Of a stretch of 64,000 bases of DNA, positions 28,480 through 37,748 are shown piece by piece (position 1 is the first letter of the stretch; each line of letters begins with the position of its first letter). This DNA comes from an uncultured Alphaproteobacteria bacterium (GTDB taxonomy: Bacteria; Pseudomonadota; Alphaproteobacteria; Micavibrionales; Micavibrionaceae), in contig CALDTV010000003.1 in NCBI GenBank assembly GCA_937923625.1, forward strand, positions 59,845-123,844, given 5' to 3'. Under the pieces are notes generated by a model that was not told the origin of the DNA, did no database searches, and saw only the letters and a program-made list of their open reading frames with translations. Made by a program: the position numbers and the translations under genes.

Positions 28480-29867
28480 TTGCTGCGCGCCACTGTTTTT
28501 ATTTGGCACACTTCATGAAAGCCAATCTTGCCACCCTGACGCCCAAGCCCTGATGCTTTATAACCACCAAAGGGATTTTCAGGACGATAAAAATGATTTT
28601 GATTGGCGCTAACGCCACCCGCTTTAATATCCGTAAAGGCTTTTTGTAAGATATCTTTATCATTGGTGAAAACATATCCCGTCAAACCATATTCTGTATC
28701 ATTCGCAAGTTTTATCGCCTCCTCATATGTATCAAAAGAAACAACAGGCAACGCAGGGCCAAACACCTCTTCATTCCAAACAGCCATATCAGGCGTAATA
28801 TTGGTCAAAATTGTAGGCTCATAAAATGCACCATTTAGCTCTGCGGGTCGTTTACCACCGCAATGTAATATGGCCCCTTTTGCCAAAGCATCTTTTACTT
28901 GCTCTTCAACCTTCACCGCTTGGCGTTCCGCGACCAAAGGGCCTAAATCTATATCAGGATTTAAAGGGTCGCCAATCGTTTTACTTTTTGCAAAACTAGA
29001 TAACTTTTCAACACATTCATCAAAAATATTTTGATGCACAATCAAACGTTTTAAATTGTCACAAAATTGCCCCGTGTTGCTAAAACGGGCCCAAAATAGT
29101 TGCTCCATAAACGCCTCATCAAGCACACAATCTTCGAACACGATAGCAGGACTAGAGCCACCAAGTTCCAATGCGATGGGTATAAATTTTTCAGCGGCTT
29201 TTTTGTAAAGCTTTCGTCCTGTCGCAGAGCTTCCTGTAAATGAAATAAAATCTATATCTTGTTCAAAAAGCATTTGCCCCGTCGTACCATCACCATAGAC
29301 AAAATTTACAACCCCCTCAGGCAAACCCGCCTCCGCAATAATTTCTTCCAAAAACTTAGAAAATAAAACAATCTCTTCCGAGTATTTCATCACCACACTG
29401 TTACCCGCCAATAAAGCTTGCGAAGCACTTATAACAAAATTAGCCAACGGGAAATTCCATGCGACGATACAGGCAATAACGCCATAAGGCTCATAGACAA
29501 TTTCATTGATTTCATTACCGTCATCAAAAACCACATCATTCGCCAAATATTTGGCCGCATGATCACAATTCCATTGAAGATCAGAAATCGCGCTATCGAC
29601 TATGCTTTTTGACAAACTATGTGCCATGCCCATTTCTTCTGATGTTCGCCTAACAAACGCCTCCTTATTTTTTTCAAATAAAGGAATAAGTTTTTTAATG
29701 TGCTGAATGCGTTTCTCCACACCAAGCACAGCCCATTCTTTTTGCGCAGATCGTGCCGAAAGAACTTTAGACTTCACCTCATCTAACGATGATACTTCTA
29801 CCTCCCCCAGCACTTCAGAATTAGTGGGATTATAAGAAATGATTTTTTCGTGACCTTGGGCGCTCAT
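28476..29867 (-). CDS. NAD(P)-dependent aldehyde dehydrogenase
   Basis: ALDH motifs FTGSSATGRKL, ELGGSSPAIVFED, catalytic Cys region GQFCDN. Start taken at the internal ATG (MSAQGHEK) just downstream of the AKR gene stop. Confidence 0.82.
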   Translation of the reverse strand: MSAQGHEKIISYNPTNSEVLGEVEVSSLDEVKSKVLSARSAQKEWAVLGVEKRIQHIKKLIPLFEKNKEAFVRRTSEEMGMAHSLSKSIVDSAISDLQWNCDHAAKYLANDVVFDDGNEINEIVYEPYGVIACIVAWNFPLANFVISASQALLAGNSVVMKYSEEIVLFSKFLEEIIAEAGLPEGVVNFVYGDGTTGQMLFEQDIDFISFTGSSATGRKLYKKAAEKFIPIALELGGSSPAIVFEDCVLDEAFMEQLFWARFSNTGQFCDNLKRLIVHQNIFDECVEKLSSFAKSKTIGDPLNPDIDLGPLVAERQAVKVEEQVKDALAKGAILHCGGKRPAELNGAFYEPTILTNITPDMAVWNEEVFGPALPVVSFDTYEEAIKLANDTEYGLTGYVFTNDKDILQKAFTDIKAGGVSANQNHFYRPENPFGGYKASGLGRQGGKIGFHEVCQIKTVARSK

Positions 29868-29889
29868 TATTTTTTCCAAAATGTTAAAG

Positions 29890-30957
29890 TTAAAACGGGA
29901 TTGGGTATTGGCGATAGACCGTATCAATATCGGCCATAACATCATCCGATAGTTCCAGATCAAATGCATCAATATTTGTTTTCAACTGGGCCATCGTTGT
30001 CGCGCCGATAATGGTCGACGTCACAAAATTTTGTTTATCAACAAATTTCAACGCCATCTGACAAACATCCAAGTTATGCTTTTTTGCTACATCAATATAT
30101 TTACCAACAGCTTCAAATGTCTGCTTATTTTTTAAACGCCATAACGCTCCAGACATTCCTAACGCTTCTGTAACGTGCGCACGCGAGCCTTCTGGATATT
30201 TGCCATCTTGATACTTACCGCTCAAAATACCTGTCGCTAAAGGTGACCAAGGTAAGTACGCAATATCTTCAAGCATACAAACTTCCGTTACATAAGGATC
30301 GTCAATTCGTTTCAGCAAACTAAATTCATGTTGTATCGATGCCATTCTTGGCAAACCATATTTTTCTGCAAGCGCGATATATTTCATCATACCCCATGCC
30401 GTGTCATCAGACAATCCTGCGTGACGAATTTTACCTGCTTGGACAGCTTCATCCAAAGCCCTCAAAATATCCAGCAAGTTTTCTGTTTGCTCTTCACCAT
30501 CAACAATAGAATAATCGTGTACTCCCGCATGGTTACCACTCCCCAGATGCGGGAATGGACGGTTAGGCCAATGAAGCTGATACAGATCAATATAGTCTGT
30601 TTTCAGTCTTTTAAGAGAGCCTTCTACAGCTTGCCTAACACTCTCCCCTGATAACTTATCCCCTCCGCGTATCCACGGCCACCCACGACCAACGACTTTC
30701 GTAGCAAGAGTAATATCTTCACGTTTTTTTGTTTTTTCAAACCATGTACCAATAATTTTTTCCGTCGCCCCATATGTTTCAGCTCGTGGAGGCACGGCAT
30801 ACATTTCCGCCGTATCCCAAAAATTAACACCTTGTTCAAACGCGTAATCCATTTGCGCGTGGCCGTCGGCTTCGGTGTTCTGCTCCCCCCATGTCATGGT
30901 GCCCAAACATACGCGCGAAACCTCTAATCCCGTTTTACCCAATTTTGAATATTTCAT
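29890..30957 (-). CDS. aldo-keto reductase (Tas/YajO-like)
   Basis: MKYSKLGKTGLEVSRVCLGTMTWG ... FWDTAEMY ... YQLHWPNRP: canonical AKR catalytic tetrad context. Confidence 0.85.
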   Translation of the reverse strand: MKYSKLGKTGLEVSRVCLGTMTWGEQNTEADGHAQMDYAFEQGVNFWDTAEMYAVPPRAETYGATEKIIGTWFEKTKKREDITLATKVVGRGWPWIRGGDKLSGESVRQAVEGSLKRLKTDYIDLYQLHWPNRPFPHLGSGNHAGVHDYSIVDGEEQTENLLDILRALDEAVQAGKIRHAGLSDDTAWGMMKYIALAEKYGLPRMASIQHEFSLLKRIDDPYVTEVCMLEDIAYLPWSPLATGILSGKYQDGKYPEGSRAHVTEALGMSGALWRLKNKQTFEAVGKYIDVAKKHNLDVCQMALKFVDKQNFVTSTIIGATTMAQLKTNIDAFDLELSDDVMADIDTVYRQYPIPF

Positions 30958-31007
30958 TTAAACTCCTTATTTTTGCAAAAAAGACTTTAAAGAGATATGA
31001 GCAGAGA

Positions 31008-31952
31008 TCAAGAAGGGTGTTTATCAAAGGTTTGTTGTGGCACCCTAAGAGAAGCCTCATGCCACGCAATCATGTCCTCGAACCTATCGGGGCAATGATG
31101 TTTTATTTGCTCATATTGCCTGATGGGTAAATTAGGTCTTTTTGTTGATAACTCATCCAACATTTGATCCCGAACAGAGTCAAGAATAGAGCGCGCTTGA
31201 TGTGCGTCAAAGAAGTGTTCATCACCACGTATATCTAAAAACTTCACTGCTTTTTCAAAGCCATCCTGCCCTTGCTCAATATTGCCTGTATTAGACATTG
31301 ATAGACAGTCCTTTAATTTAATCCATTCAACGTTTCGGACACCTCTTTCTTTCGTTGATATTGATAAGTCAGGGCATTCATCAAAAAATACCCTGTATGT
31401 TGTTACGTCTTGCAGGACAAAGTTACCAGCCGCACCAATAGGGCCGTGTTGCATACCATCGGCCGTGCGGAGATGGACGCGCTTTGGGATTATATTCATG
31501 GCTTTAAGATCTAGCCCTATGTCTTCTAATGCATCTTGAACTGCGGTATGCTGATCGCTCAAGCACAAGCCTGCATCATTTGGAAATGGCTGATTAGCTT
31601 GCGTCTTAATATCGCTCGGCTCTAGATTAATGTCAGGTCCATTGCGCATGCCCTCAATAAGATTCCACTGCACGTAATCCCGATGAAATTTTTTCTCTGA
31701 CAGCAAAAGGAAGTATAAATCACCTTTACTGTCTTTAGCCAAAACGCAAAGACGTGCACCACCTTTAAAACCTCGATATTGGTCAATAATCTGCCCTTTA
31801 GGGTCTAACTCATAGCCATATGCAGGAATTAAATCATTCGCCTTTTCATAGGCTCGCAAAAGTTTAGGAAGAATTTTCTTAAGCGCTCGCCCTGAAACGC
31901 TTCTGAAAGCATTGCGTAGACCTAAATTTCTGTTTTCATTCATAAATCCCAT
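31008..31952 (-). CDS. hypothetical protein (orphan, 314 aa, soluble)
   Basis: Long ORF with a balanced composition. I recognise no motif. Confidence 0.5.
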   Translation of the reverse strand: MGFMNENRNLGLRNAFRSVSGRALKKILPKLLRAYEKANDLIPAYGYELDPKGQIIDQYRGFKGGARLCVLAKDSKGDLYFLLLSEKKFHRDYVQWNLIEGMRNGPDINLEPSDIKTQANQPFPNDAGLCLSDQHTAVQDALEDIGLDLKAMNIIPKRVHLRTADGMQHGPIGAAGNFVLQDVTTYRVFFDECPDLSISTKERGVRNVEWIKLKDCLSMSNTGNIEQGQDGFEKAVKFLDIRGDEHFFDAHQARSILDSVRDQMLDELSTKRPNLPIRQYEQIKHHCPDRFEDMIAWHEASLRVPQQTFDKHPS

Positions 31953-32046
31953 TAGACTTTTTAAACAAAGGAAATTATTATGTCAACAATTTCCTTTGTA
32001 CTTGGATATTAGCAAGTCAAGAATACTTGCACACGGAATCTAGTCA

Positions 32047-32079
32047 CAAAAAAAAGCGCTCTTTTGAAGCGCCCTTTTT
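32047..32079 (-). terminator. rho-independent terminator downstream of rpsI
   Basis: On the minus strand: GCGCT-TCAAAAG-AGCGC hairpin followed by T8. Confidence 0.5.
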
Positions 32080-32097
32080 ATCAATAATTTTAAACGA

Positions 32098-32622
32098 TTA
32101 ACGCTTCGCCCACTGTTTCGAACGACGGGCTTTGTGCTTACCGATTTTCTTACGCTCAACCACACGCGCATCACGTGTCAACATGCCTGATTTTTTCAAG
32201 GCAGGGCGAAGTTCTGGTTCGAAATTTTCAAGTGCACGGGAAATACCGTGACGTACCGCACCAGCCTGACCAGAGAGGCCACCGCCTTTTACCGTACAAA
32301 TAACATCAAAGTTATTAACGCGATCGACGATCAAGAATGGTTGATTCAACACAAGCAAATGTGTTTGACGACCAAAATATTCTTCCTGAACTTTGCCATT
32401 CACGGTCACTTTTCCTGAACCTGGCTTGAGCCAAACACGGGCCACAGATTCTTTACGACGCCCTGTTGCATAAGCACGTCCTAAATCATCGACCTTACGT
32501 TCTTTAATTTTTGATTTTTCAGCTTTATCATCTACAGCGTTGCTTTGCGTCGAATCCGCCGCATCTGTCGCCGTTGCGCCTGTTGTTTTTAGGTCTTTTA
32601 GATCTTTAATTGCTTCAGCCAT
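32098..32622 (-). CDS. rpsI: 30S ribosomal protein S9
   Basis: The C-terminal half matches S9 ([19 protein letters not shown]...[25 protein letters not shown]). The N-terminal extension is common in alphaproteobacteria. Directly downstream of rplM. Confidence 0.93.
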   Translation of the reverse strand: MAEAIKDLKDLKTTGATATDAADSTQSNAVDDKAEKSKIKERKVDDLGRAYATGRRKESVARVWLKPGSGKVTVNGKVQEEYFGRQTHLLVLNQPFLIVDRVNNFDVICTVKGGGLSGQAGAVRHGISRALENFEPELRPALKKSGMLTRDARVVERKKIGKHKARRSKQWAKR

Positions 32623-32624
32623 TT

Positions 32625-33086
32625 TTAGTCTCTCTTATTCTTAGGATTCATAGAAGCGACATCAAGTACTTCTGGGTTTTGCGCTTCATGTGGGTGCTCC
32701 GCCCCAGCATAAACACGTAAGTTGCTCATTACCTGACGTCCCAAAGGACCGCGGGCAATCATACGCTCAATCGCTTTTTCAACAACGCGCTCTGGGTGCT
32801 TACCTTCAAGAATTTCACCTTTTGAGCGTTCTTTAATGCCGCCTGGATAGCCAGTGTGCCAATAAAAAATATCGCCATCACGCTTGTTACCTGTCAAACG
32901 CACATCTTTTGCATTAATGACAATAACATTGTCGCCGCAATCCATATGTGGTGTGTAAGTTGGCTTGTGTTTGCCTTTCAGGCGCATCGCAACAATCGTT
33001 GCCAGACGGCCAAGGATAACATCCTTTGCATCAACGATAAGCCATTTCTTATCGATTTCCGATGCTTTCATCGAATATGTTTTCAT
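32625..33086 (-). CDS. rplM: 50S ribosomal protein L13
   Basis: [30 protein letters not shown]...HTGYPGG: canonical L13. Confidence 0.93.
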   Translation of the reverse strand: MKTYSMKASEIDKKWLIVDAKDVILGRLATIVAMRLKGKHKPTYTPHMDCGDNVIVINAKDVRLTGNKRDGDIFYWHTGYPGGIKERSKGEILEGKHPERVVEKAIERMIARGPLGRQVMSNLRVYAGAEHPHEAQNPEVLDVASMNPKNKRD

Positions 33087-33371
33087 TTCTCGTATTCCTT
33101 CTTAATGACCTTAAACAAGCGAGCCTGCAAAGGTTTTTCTTAACGCTGCGCTGTTATCGCGATATAGCGCCCTTAAGTCAAGAAAAAACGTGTAAAAACA
33201 GCACGATATAGGCGCGGTATTATAACACCTTGAAAATATGCCTTATTTAGAAAGATCTCTCTCAACATAACATTGTATTCGCCCATATGATTTCAATCAT
33301 GATAATATATCATGCACATCAAGAGTTAACTTCGTAACAGCATAATTTTAAACAATAAGGGAAAAGCAAGA

Positions 33372-34664
33372 ATGTCTGATGATAAGAAATATGGCCTCGA
33401 AACAGTTTCAATCCATACGGGCTGTGGACCTTGCCCTGAAACTGGTGCGCGCACCATCCCAATTCATCAGACAACCGCTTTTACCTTTAAAGATGCCGAA
33501 CATGGTGCAAACTTATTTGCCCTAAAAGAAGCAGGTTATGTTTACTCCCGCTTGACCAACCCAACCGTGGGCGCGTTGGAGGAAAAACTAACCGCCCTTG
33601 AAGGTGGCAGTGGCGCAACCTGCGCGGCATCTGGCCATGGCGCACAGTTACTTGTTTTAAGCGCCCTGATGTCACCCGGTGACCATGTTGTAAATTCGTG
33701 CAAATTATATGGTGGATCGGTTAATCAATTCGCCCAAATTTTTCCTGACATGTTTGGATGGCAAAACACCACATTTAATCCAGATAACGCGGAAGAAGCG
33801 CGCGCTGCGATTACGCCCAAAACCAAAGCCATTTTTGTTGAAAGCTTATCTAACCCCGAAGGCGTTGTTGCCGATATTGAAGGGTTAGCGGCAGTGGCCA
33901 ATGAGGCAGGTATACCACTGATTGTTGATAACACCATGGCGACCCCTTACTTATGTAAGCCGCTTCAGCATGGCGCGCATATCGTCACTTATTCCACAAC
34001 AAAATTTTTGAGCGGACACGGCAACGCCATGGGCGGTGCGGTGGTTGATGGTGGAAATTTTGATTGGCTAAAACAGGCAGGTAAATTCCCACGCCTTGCT
34101 AAAGCCAACCCCAATTATAATAATATTATTTTTGCCGAAAGCTTCGGCAACATGGCACTCGCCATTCATAACCACGCGGTAGGCTTGCGTGACCTTGGCA
34201 TTAATCAACAACCCTTTAATGCTTACCTAACCTTTATTGGTTTAGAAACGTTATCTTTAAGGATGCAAAAACATTGCGACAATGCACTTACCATCGCCAA
34301 ACATCTTGAAGCACATGACAAAGTCGCATGGGTTAGCTATGCAGGATTAGAGTCCAGCAAACACCATGCCGCCGCAAAGAAATACACCAACGGCGAAGGC
34401 GGTGCGGTTTTTACTTTCGCGCTAAAAGGAGGCTATGACGCCTGCGTAACAGTTGTTAAAGAGCTAGAGCTATTTTCACATTTGGCGAATATTGGTGATA
34501 CGCGCTCTTTGGTTATTCACCCCGCCTCGACCACGCACTCGCAATTAGATAGCGATGGTCGTGCCAAAGCTGGTGCAGGGGATGATGTGTTGCGTGTATC
34601 TATTGGCATTGAAACCGTTGAAGATTTAATTGCTGATATAGACGCAACTTTGGCGAAGGTTTAA
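33372..34664 (+). CDS. metY: O-acetylhomoserine aminocarboxypropyltransferase / sulfhydrylase (MetY-type PLP enzyme)
   Basis: Cys/Met-metabolism PLP-dependent family. YSRLTNPT; PLP-lysine context STTKFLSGHGNAMGG; 430 aa. Confidence 0.83.
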   Translation: MSDDKKYGLETVSIHTGCGPCPETGARTIPIHQTTAFTFKDAEHGANLFALKEAGYVYSRLTNPTVGALEEKLTALEGGSGATCAASGHGAQLLVLSALMSPGDHVVNSCKLYGGSVNQFAQIFPDMFGWQNTTFNPDNAEEARAAITPKTKAIFVESLSNPEGVVADIEGLAAVANEAGIPLIVDNTMATPYLCKPLQHGAHIVTYSTTKFLSGHGNAMGGAVVDGGNFDWLKQAGKFPRLAKANPNYNNIIFAESFGNMALAIHNHAVGLRDLGINQQPFNAYLTFIGLETLSLRMQKHCDNALTIAKHLEAHDKVAWVSYAGLESSKHHAAAKKYTNGEGGAVFTFALKGGYDACVTVVKELELFSHLANIGDTRSLVIHPASTTHSQLDSDGRAKAGAGDDVLRVSIGIETVEDLIADIDATLAKV

Positions 34665-34747
34665 AGTTTTTAAAATCTTATTGTTTTAGAAAAAAAAGCA
34701 TCACAGCTATCAAAAAACATTAAACGCTGACAAAACTATAGAAATAA

Positions 34748-35092
34748 TTACAAAATATATGTCGCAGCAGCCATGTCGCGGACTTCGAGCGTAACAGCGC
34801 AGGCGCCATCGAATACTTTAACGGCTTTTGTTACTTCCTCATAAATAGCAGTCGAATATTGCTTCTTGAGCACATCATCACGCCCCTCAAGAAGCAAAAG
34901 CGTAATATGAACCATTGCGCCATCTTGCCCCTTATCACCAACAACATAATGCGCCAAAGGGATAGCTCGGGATTTAATACGTGCTTTTTCAACGCCTTGC
35001 GTTGCCAATGCCTCTTGCGTATCTACAACAAGCTTTTGAAGGTCAACGCTGTCATTCAAATTATTTGAATGTTCAATAATAATATGTGGCAT
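34748..35092 (-). CDS. 5-carboxymethyl-2-hydroxymuconate isomerase-like tautomerase-superfamily protein
   Basis: MPHIIIEHS N-terminus (catalytic Pro1 after Met removal) and overall spacing resemble HpcD/CHMI; 114 aa. Confidence 0.6.
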   Translation of the reverse strand: MPHIIIEHSNNLNDSVDLQKLVVDTQEALATQGVEKARIKSRAIPLAHYVVGDKGQDGAMVHITLLLLEGRDDVLKKQYSTAIYEEVTKAVKVFDGACAVTLEVRDMAAATYIL

Positions 35093-35117
35093 GTATTTAT
35101 ATACTTTCTAAATGTTA

Positions 35118-36533
35118 TTATTCTTTTGGCGGCGCATAATTTACATTTTCTGGGTTCACTGCAACTTCCGAAGAATGATTAGTGTTTGCTTCGGGCGTTG
35201 GTGGCTCATTATTATTTTTCGCAGGATGAACCCCCAAACGATCCAGCAAACGACTTCCCTGTTCTGATTGCGCCAAACCTTCGAGCATTGCCGTCACGTT
35301 CGTGCCACCTTTTGCAGAGAATAAATCCATGACATTTGTCACACCTTCAACAGGACCGCCCGCATTGGTAATGACTTTTACATCCGCATTGGTTAGCGCT
35401 TTCGCTTGTTCAACACCAACGATTTGATTGGCCTCCACAGCTTCAATAGCAACAAGATAATTTTGATAGCCCTCATTTTGTCCAATCTCCTTCGCAAGCG
35501 CAATTTGCGCTTCAACGGGCGCTAATTGCATCATTTTTTCTGCTTCTGCACGCGCCGCACCATCAATGGCAATACCTTCAGAATCTTTTTTGGTTTCTTC
35601 CAAATTCCCTTCCGCAATAATAATCGTTGTCTGGCGGTCTTCATCCGCTTTCACAATATTTGCTTCACGGGCAATATCGGCACGACGGACTTCTTCAACT
35701 TGAATAACCGCCATTTCTTTTTCTTTGGTGACGCGTTGCTGTTCTTTAATTTCTTGCAAGGCAACCTCGTCCGCAATACCAACAGCTTTAACTTTTTCTG
35801 CTGTGCGCTCACCAACCGCTTGTTGTGCTTGTTGGTCTTGGATGTCGGTTTCACGTTGGGCTTCGATTTCGGCGATTTCCGCTTTTTTCATGTTTTCCGC
35901 AACTTCGGTACGGGATTCCATTTCAATCAAAGATTTCTTCTTTTCCATGATGTTATGAACCACCAAATTTTCTGCCGCATCACGAATATCCATTAACTCA
36001 ATATTCTTCACAGGAACAACGCCCCAATGCTTTAGCTGGTCTTTCACAGCTTCGGTGAATTGCTCACCATATATGCTACGCTCTAACATAATACGATCAA
36101 TATCGTGTGAGGCCAAAATTGTTCTTACCGCCCCTTGAATAATCGCAAGCAATTGCGCTTTTAATTCGGAAAAACTCTCAACGCGTTGCGCCGCTAAATT
36201 ACTGTCCTCGATACGAAAGAACGCGACAATATCAACCACGAAAGGAACACGCCCCACATCATAGGCTTCATAAGCTTGAAGATCCAAATCAAACACAGAA
36301 ACAGGCAGTATAATTCTTGTTACACCAATAACAGGAAACCAATGCGGCCATTCGTAATACGTATTTCCGTTTGGCGTATCCTTACCATAGGATTTTGTCG
36401 CTTTAGAAGATTGAACAATATGCACTTCGTTGGTTTCAACAACGCGCCTGAATATAAGCGCCAGAAAAACACTCGTAATCGCGGCAAAAACGATAAAAAC
36501 AACTAAAAACGCAATAAGATCTTCGATGAACAT
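35118..36533 (-). CDS. flotillin-like SPFH/band-7 domain protein
   Basis: N-terminal TM helix, SPFH domain, long Glu/Ala/Gln-rich coiled-coil (EA repeats) and a C-terminal flotillin-like region; 471 aa. Confidence 0.78.
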   Translation of the reverse strand: MFIEDLIAFLVVFIVFAAITSVFLALIFRRVVETNEVHIVQSSKATKSYGKDTPNGNTYYEWPHWFPVIGVTRIILPVSVFDLDLQAYEAYDVGRVPFVVDIVAFFRIEDSNLAAQRVESFSELKAQLLAIIQGAVRTILASHDIDRIMLERSIYGEQFTEAVKDQLKHWGVVPVKNIELMDIRDAAENLVVHNIMEKKKSLIEMESRTEVAENMKKAEIAEIEAQRETDIQDQQAQQAVGERTAEKVKAVGIADEVALQEIKEQQRVTKEKEMAVIQVEEVRRADIAREANIVKADEDRQTTIIIAEGNLEETKKDSEGIAIDGAARAEAEKMMQLAPVEAQIALAKEIGQNEGYQNYLVAIEAVEANQIVGVEQAKALTNADVKVITNAGGPVEGVTNVMDLFSAKGGTNVTAMLEGLAQSEQGSRLLDRLGVHPAKNNNEPPTPEANTNHSSEVAVNPENVNYAPPKE

Positions 36534-36840
36534 TGGGACAACGCCTTTTCTTTTATTTTCTTTTATTTTAAAAAATCATGATCAAAATGACGGGGCTTTA
36601 TTTCTAAAACCTTAGCCACATGAGCACATAATGTTTAATCATTAACAGGCTCGGCTTGTGTTCACTTTAAATCTTTTGCCGATAAGGATTAAATTTTTAA
36701 TCAGTTATTGGCTGAAGAGGAAAATCCCTTCCAAATTCAGTATAAAAATCAAAGGCACCCCACCAGACATCTAATCATTTTAGAAAAAATTAGATTGAAA
36801 TGGGCTGCCTCTATTCTATTTAAACAACAACTATGCTGGC

Positions 36841-37182
36841 TTAGTTATAGATTGACTCTTTACCAAAATGCTTAGTCAGCAGGTAATAAACAACCGCTCT
36901 ATATTTTGTGCGGCATTTTGCGCCGTATGTCGCCATAACTTCGTTAAGACCCGCTTCCATTTCAGCTTCGTTTGTAAGACCTAACTTTTTCGTCATGAAA
37001 CCGTTTTTGACTGTTTCTAGCTCTGAAGGGTCTGAGCCTGCAACAGTTGAAGCATCGCGGTTATAGATCGATGGTCCACATCCTGCAGTAACCTTCGTCA
37101 ACAAATCAACATCAGGCTTGATTCCCAATTCGTCAGTCATTTGGGCTGTGTATTTTTCTACTAATTCATCGCGCTTACTCAT
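36841..37182 (-). CDS. DUF2853-family protein
   Basis: MSKRDELVEKYTAQMTDELGIKPDVDLLTKVTAGCGPSIYNRDASTVAGSDPSELETVKNGFMTKKLGL matches the conserved DUF2853 pattern as I remember it. Confidence 0.55.
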   Translation of the reverse strand: MSKRDELVEKYTAQMTDELGIKPDVDLLTKVTAGCGPSIYNRDASTVAGSDPSELETVKNGFMTKKLGLTNEAEMEAGLNEVMATYGAKCRTKYRAVVYYLLTKHFGKESIYN

Positions 37183-37383
37183 TTTTAATCTCCATTTGTT
37201 AGTTTTACTAGTTTATGACTGCCAAAGTGGCGATAGATATAAGTCATGTCAAGATTCTAATAGAAAGCATAAACAGCAATATACAGGCAGATAACCTTGC
37301 CGTGGCCGCTTAAAACTCTGATTCAAAAATTGACAAAGAATTTGTGCCGTAAAGCATTGAGAACATTATAAAATTAGAAGTAA

Positions 37384-37410
37384 TAGTCGGAGTGAGAGGA
37401 CTTGAACCCT
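37384..37410 (-). repeat. direct repeat of the 3' end of tRNA-Pro (T-loop to discriminator, no CCA); att-like scar
   Basis: 27 nt AATaGTCGGAGTGAGAGGACTTGAACC versus AATgGTCGGAGTGAGAGGACTTGAACC at 37505..37531. No 5' acceptor strand or D-arm upstream, so it is not a complete tRNA. Confidence 0.6.
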
Positions 37411-37507
37411 CATGCCCGCGCCTGCGCGAGCATGACTTTAAAATTTAGGAGGTTCACTTCATCGTACCCAGCGTTGCCCAATCCACTGTAATCTAATTTT
37501 TATAAAT

Positions 37508-37583
37508 GGTCGGAGTGAGAGGACTTGAACCTCCGACCCCTCGCCCCCCAGGCGAGTGCGCTACCAGACTGCGCTACACTCCG
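37508..37583 (-). tRNA. tRNA-Pro (anticodon GGG)
   Basis: Minus-strand sequence CGGAGTGTAGCGCAGTCTGGTAGCGCACTCGCCTGGGGGGCGAGGGGTCGGAGGTTCAAGTCCTCTCACTCCGACCA folds as a cloverleaf: acceptor CGGAGTG/CACTCCG, D-arm GCGC/GCGC, anticodon stem CTCGC/GCGAG with loop CTGGGGG, T-loop TTCAAGT, encoded CCA. Confidence 0.85.
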
Positions 37584-37590
37584 ACTTTTT

Positions 37591-37670
37591 TAAAACGCCC
37601 TCATATCCGTAAACGGAAGGAGGCGGCTTCTTTAAAACGCCCTCATATCCCTAAACGGAAGGAGGCGGTT
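37591..37670. repeat. tandem direct repeat, 2 copies of a 37 nt unit spaced 43 nt apart, immediately upstream of tRNA-Pro
   Basis: TAAAACGCCCTCATATCCgTAAACGGAAGGAGGCGG then TAAAACGCCCTCATATCCcTAAACGGAAGGAGGCGG, each followed by a T-rich spacer. Confidence 0.6.
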
Positions 37671-37748
37671 TTTAAAACTCCCTTACGCATATACGACACA
37701 AGGAAATTTTTTACTGTTTGAAATTCTTAATTGAAATGAAAGCGCAAA

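Noticed and set aside
33087-33371. SAM-II or SAM/SAH riboswitch upstream of metY
   Set aside because: I could not find the conserved pseudoknot-forming core in this spacer. Only a short palindrome was seen.
35526-35996. Tracked + ORF (156 aa, Phe/Asn-rich) inside the flotillin gene
   Set aside because: It is antisense to a strongly supported SPFH/flotillin CDS. The repetitive low-complexity translation is a mirror of the GAA/GCA-rich coiled-coil codons.
37384-37470. Possible second tRNA, Leu/Ser-like with a long variable arm, downstream of tRNA-Pro
   Set aside because: Only the T-arm and acceptor 3' strand are present. There is no complementary 5' acceptor strand, no D-arm and no CCA. It is interpreted as a duplicated 3' fragment (att scar) instead.
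37591-37670. CRISPR array
   Set aside because: Only two copies of a 37 nt unit with a 6 nt spacer, and no cas genes anywhere in the window. The geometry is wrong for CRISPR.
37506-37721. Tracked + ORF (71 aa) overlapping tRNA-Pro and the tandem repeats
   Set aside because: It overlaps a well-folding tRNA gene and repeat DNA. The Pro/Arg-rich translation is a product of the GC-rich tRNA sequence.
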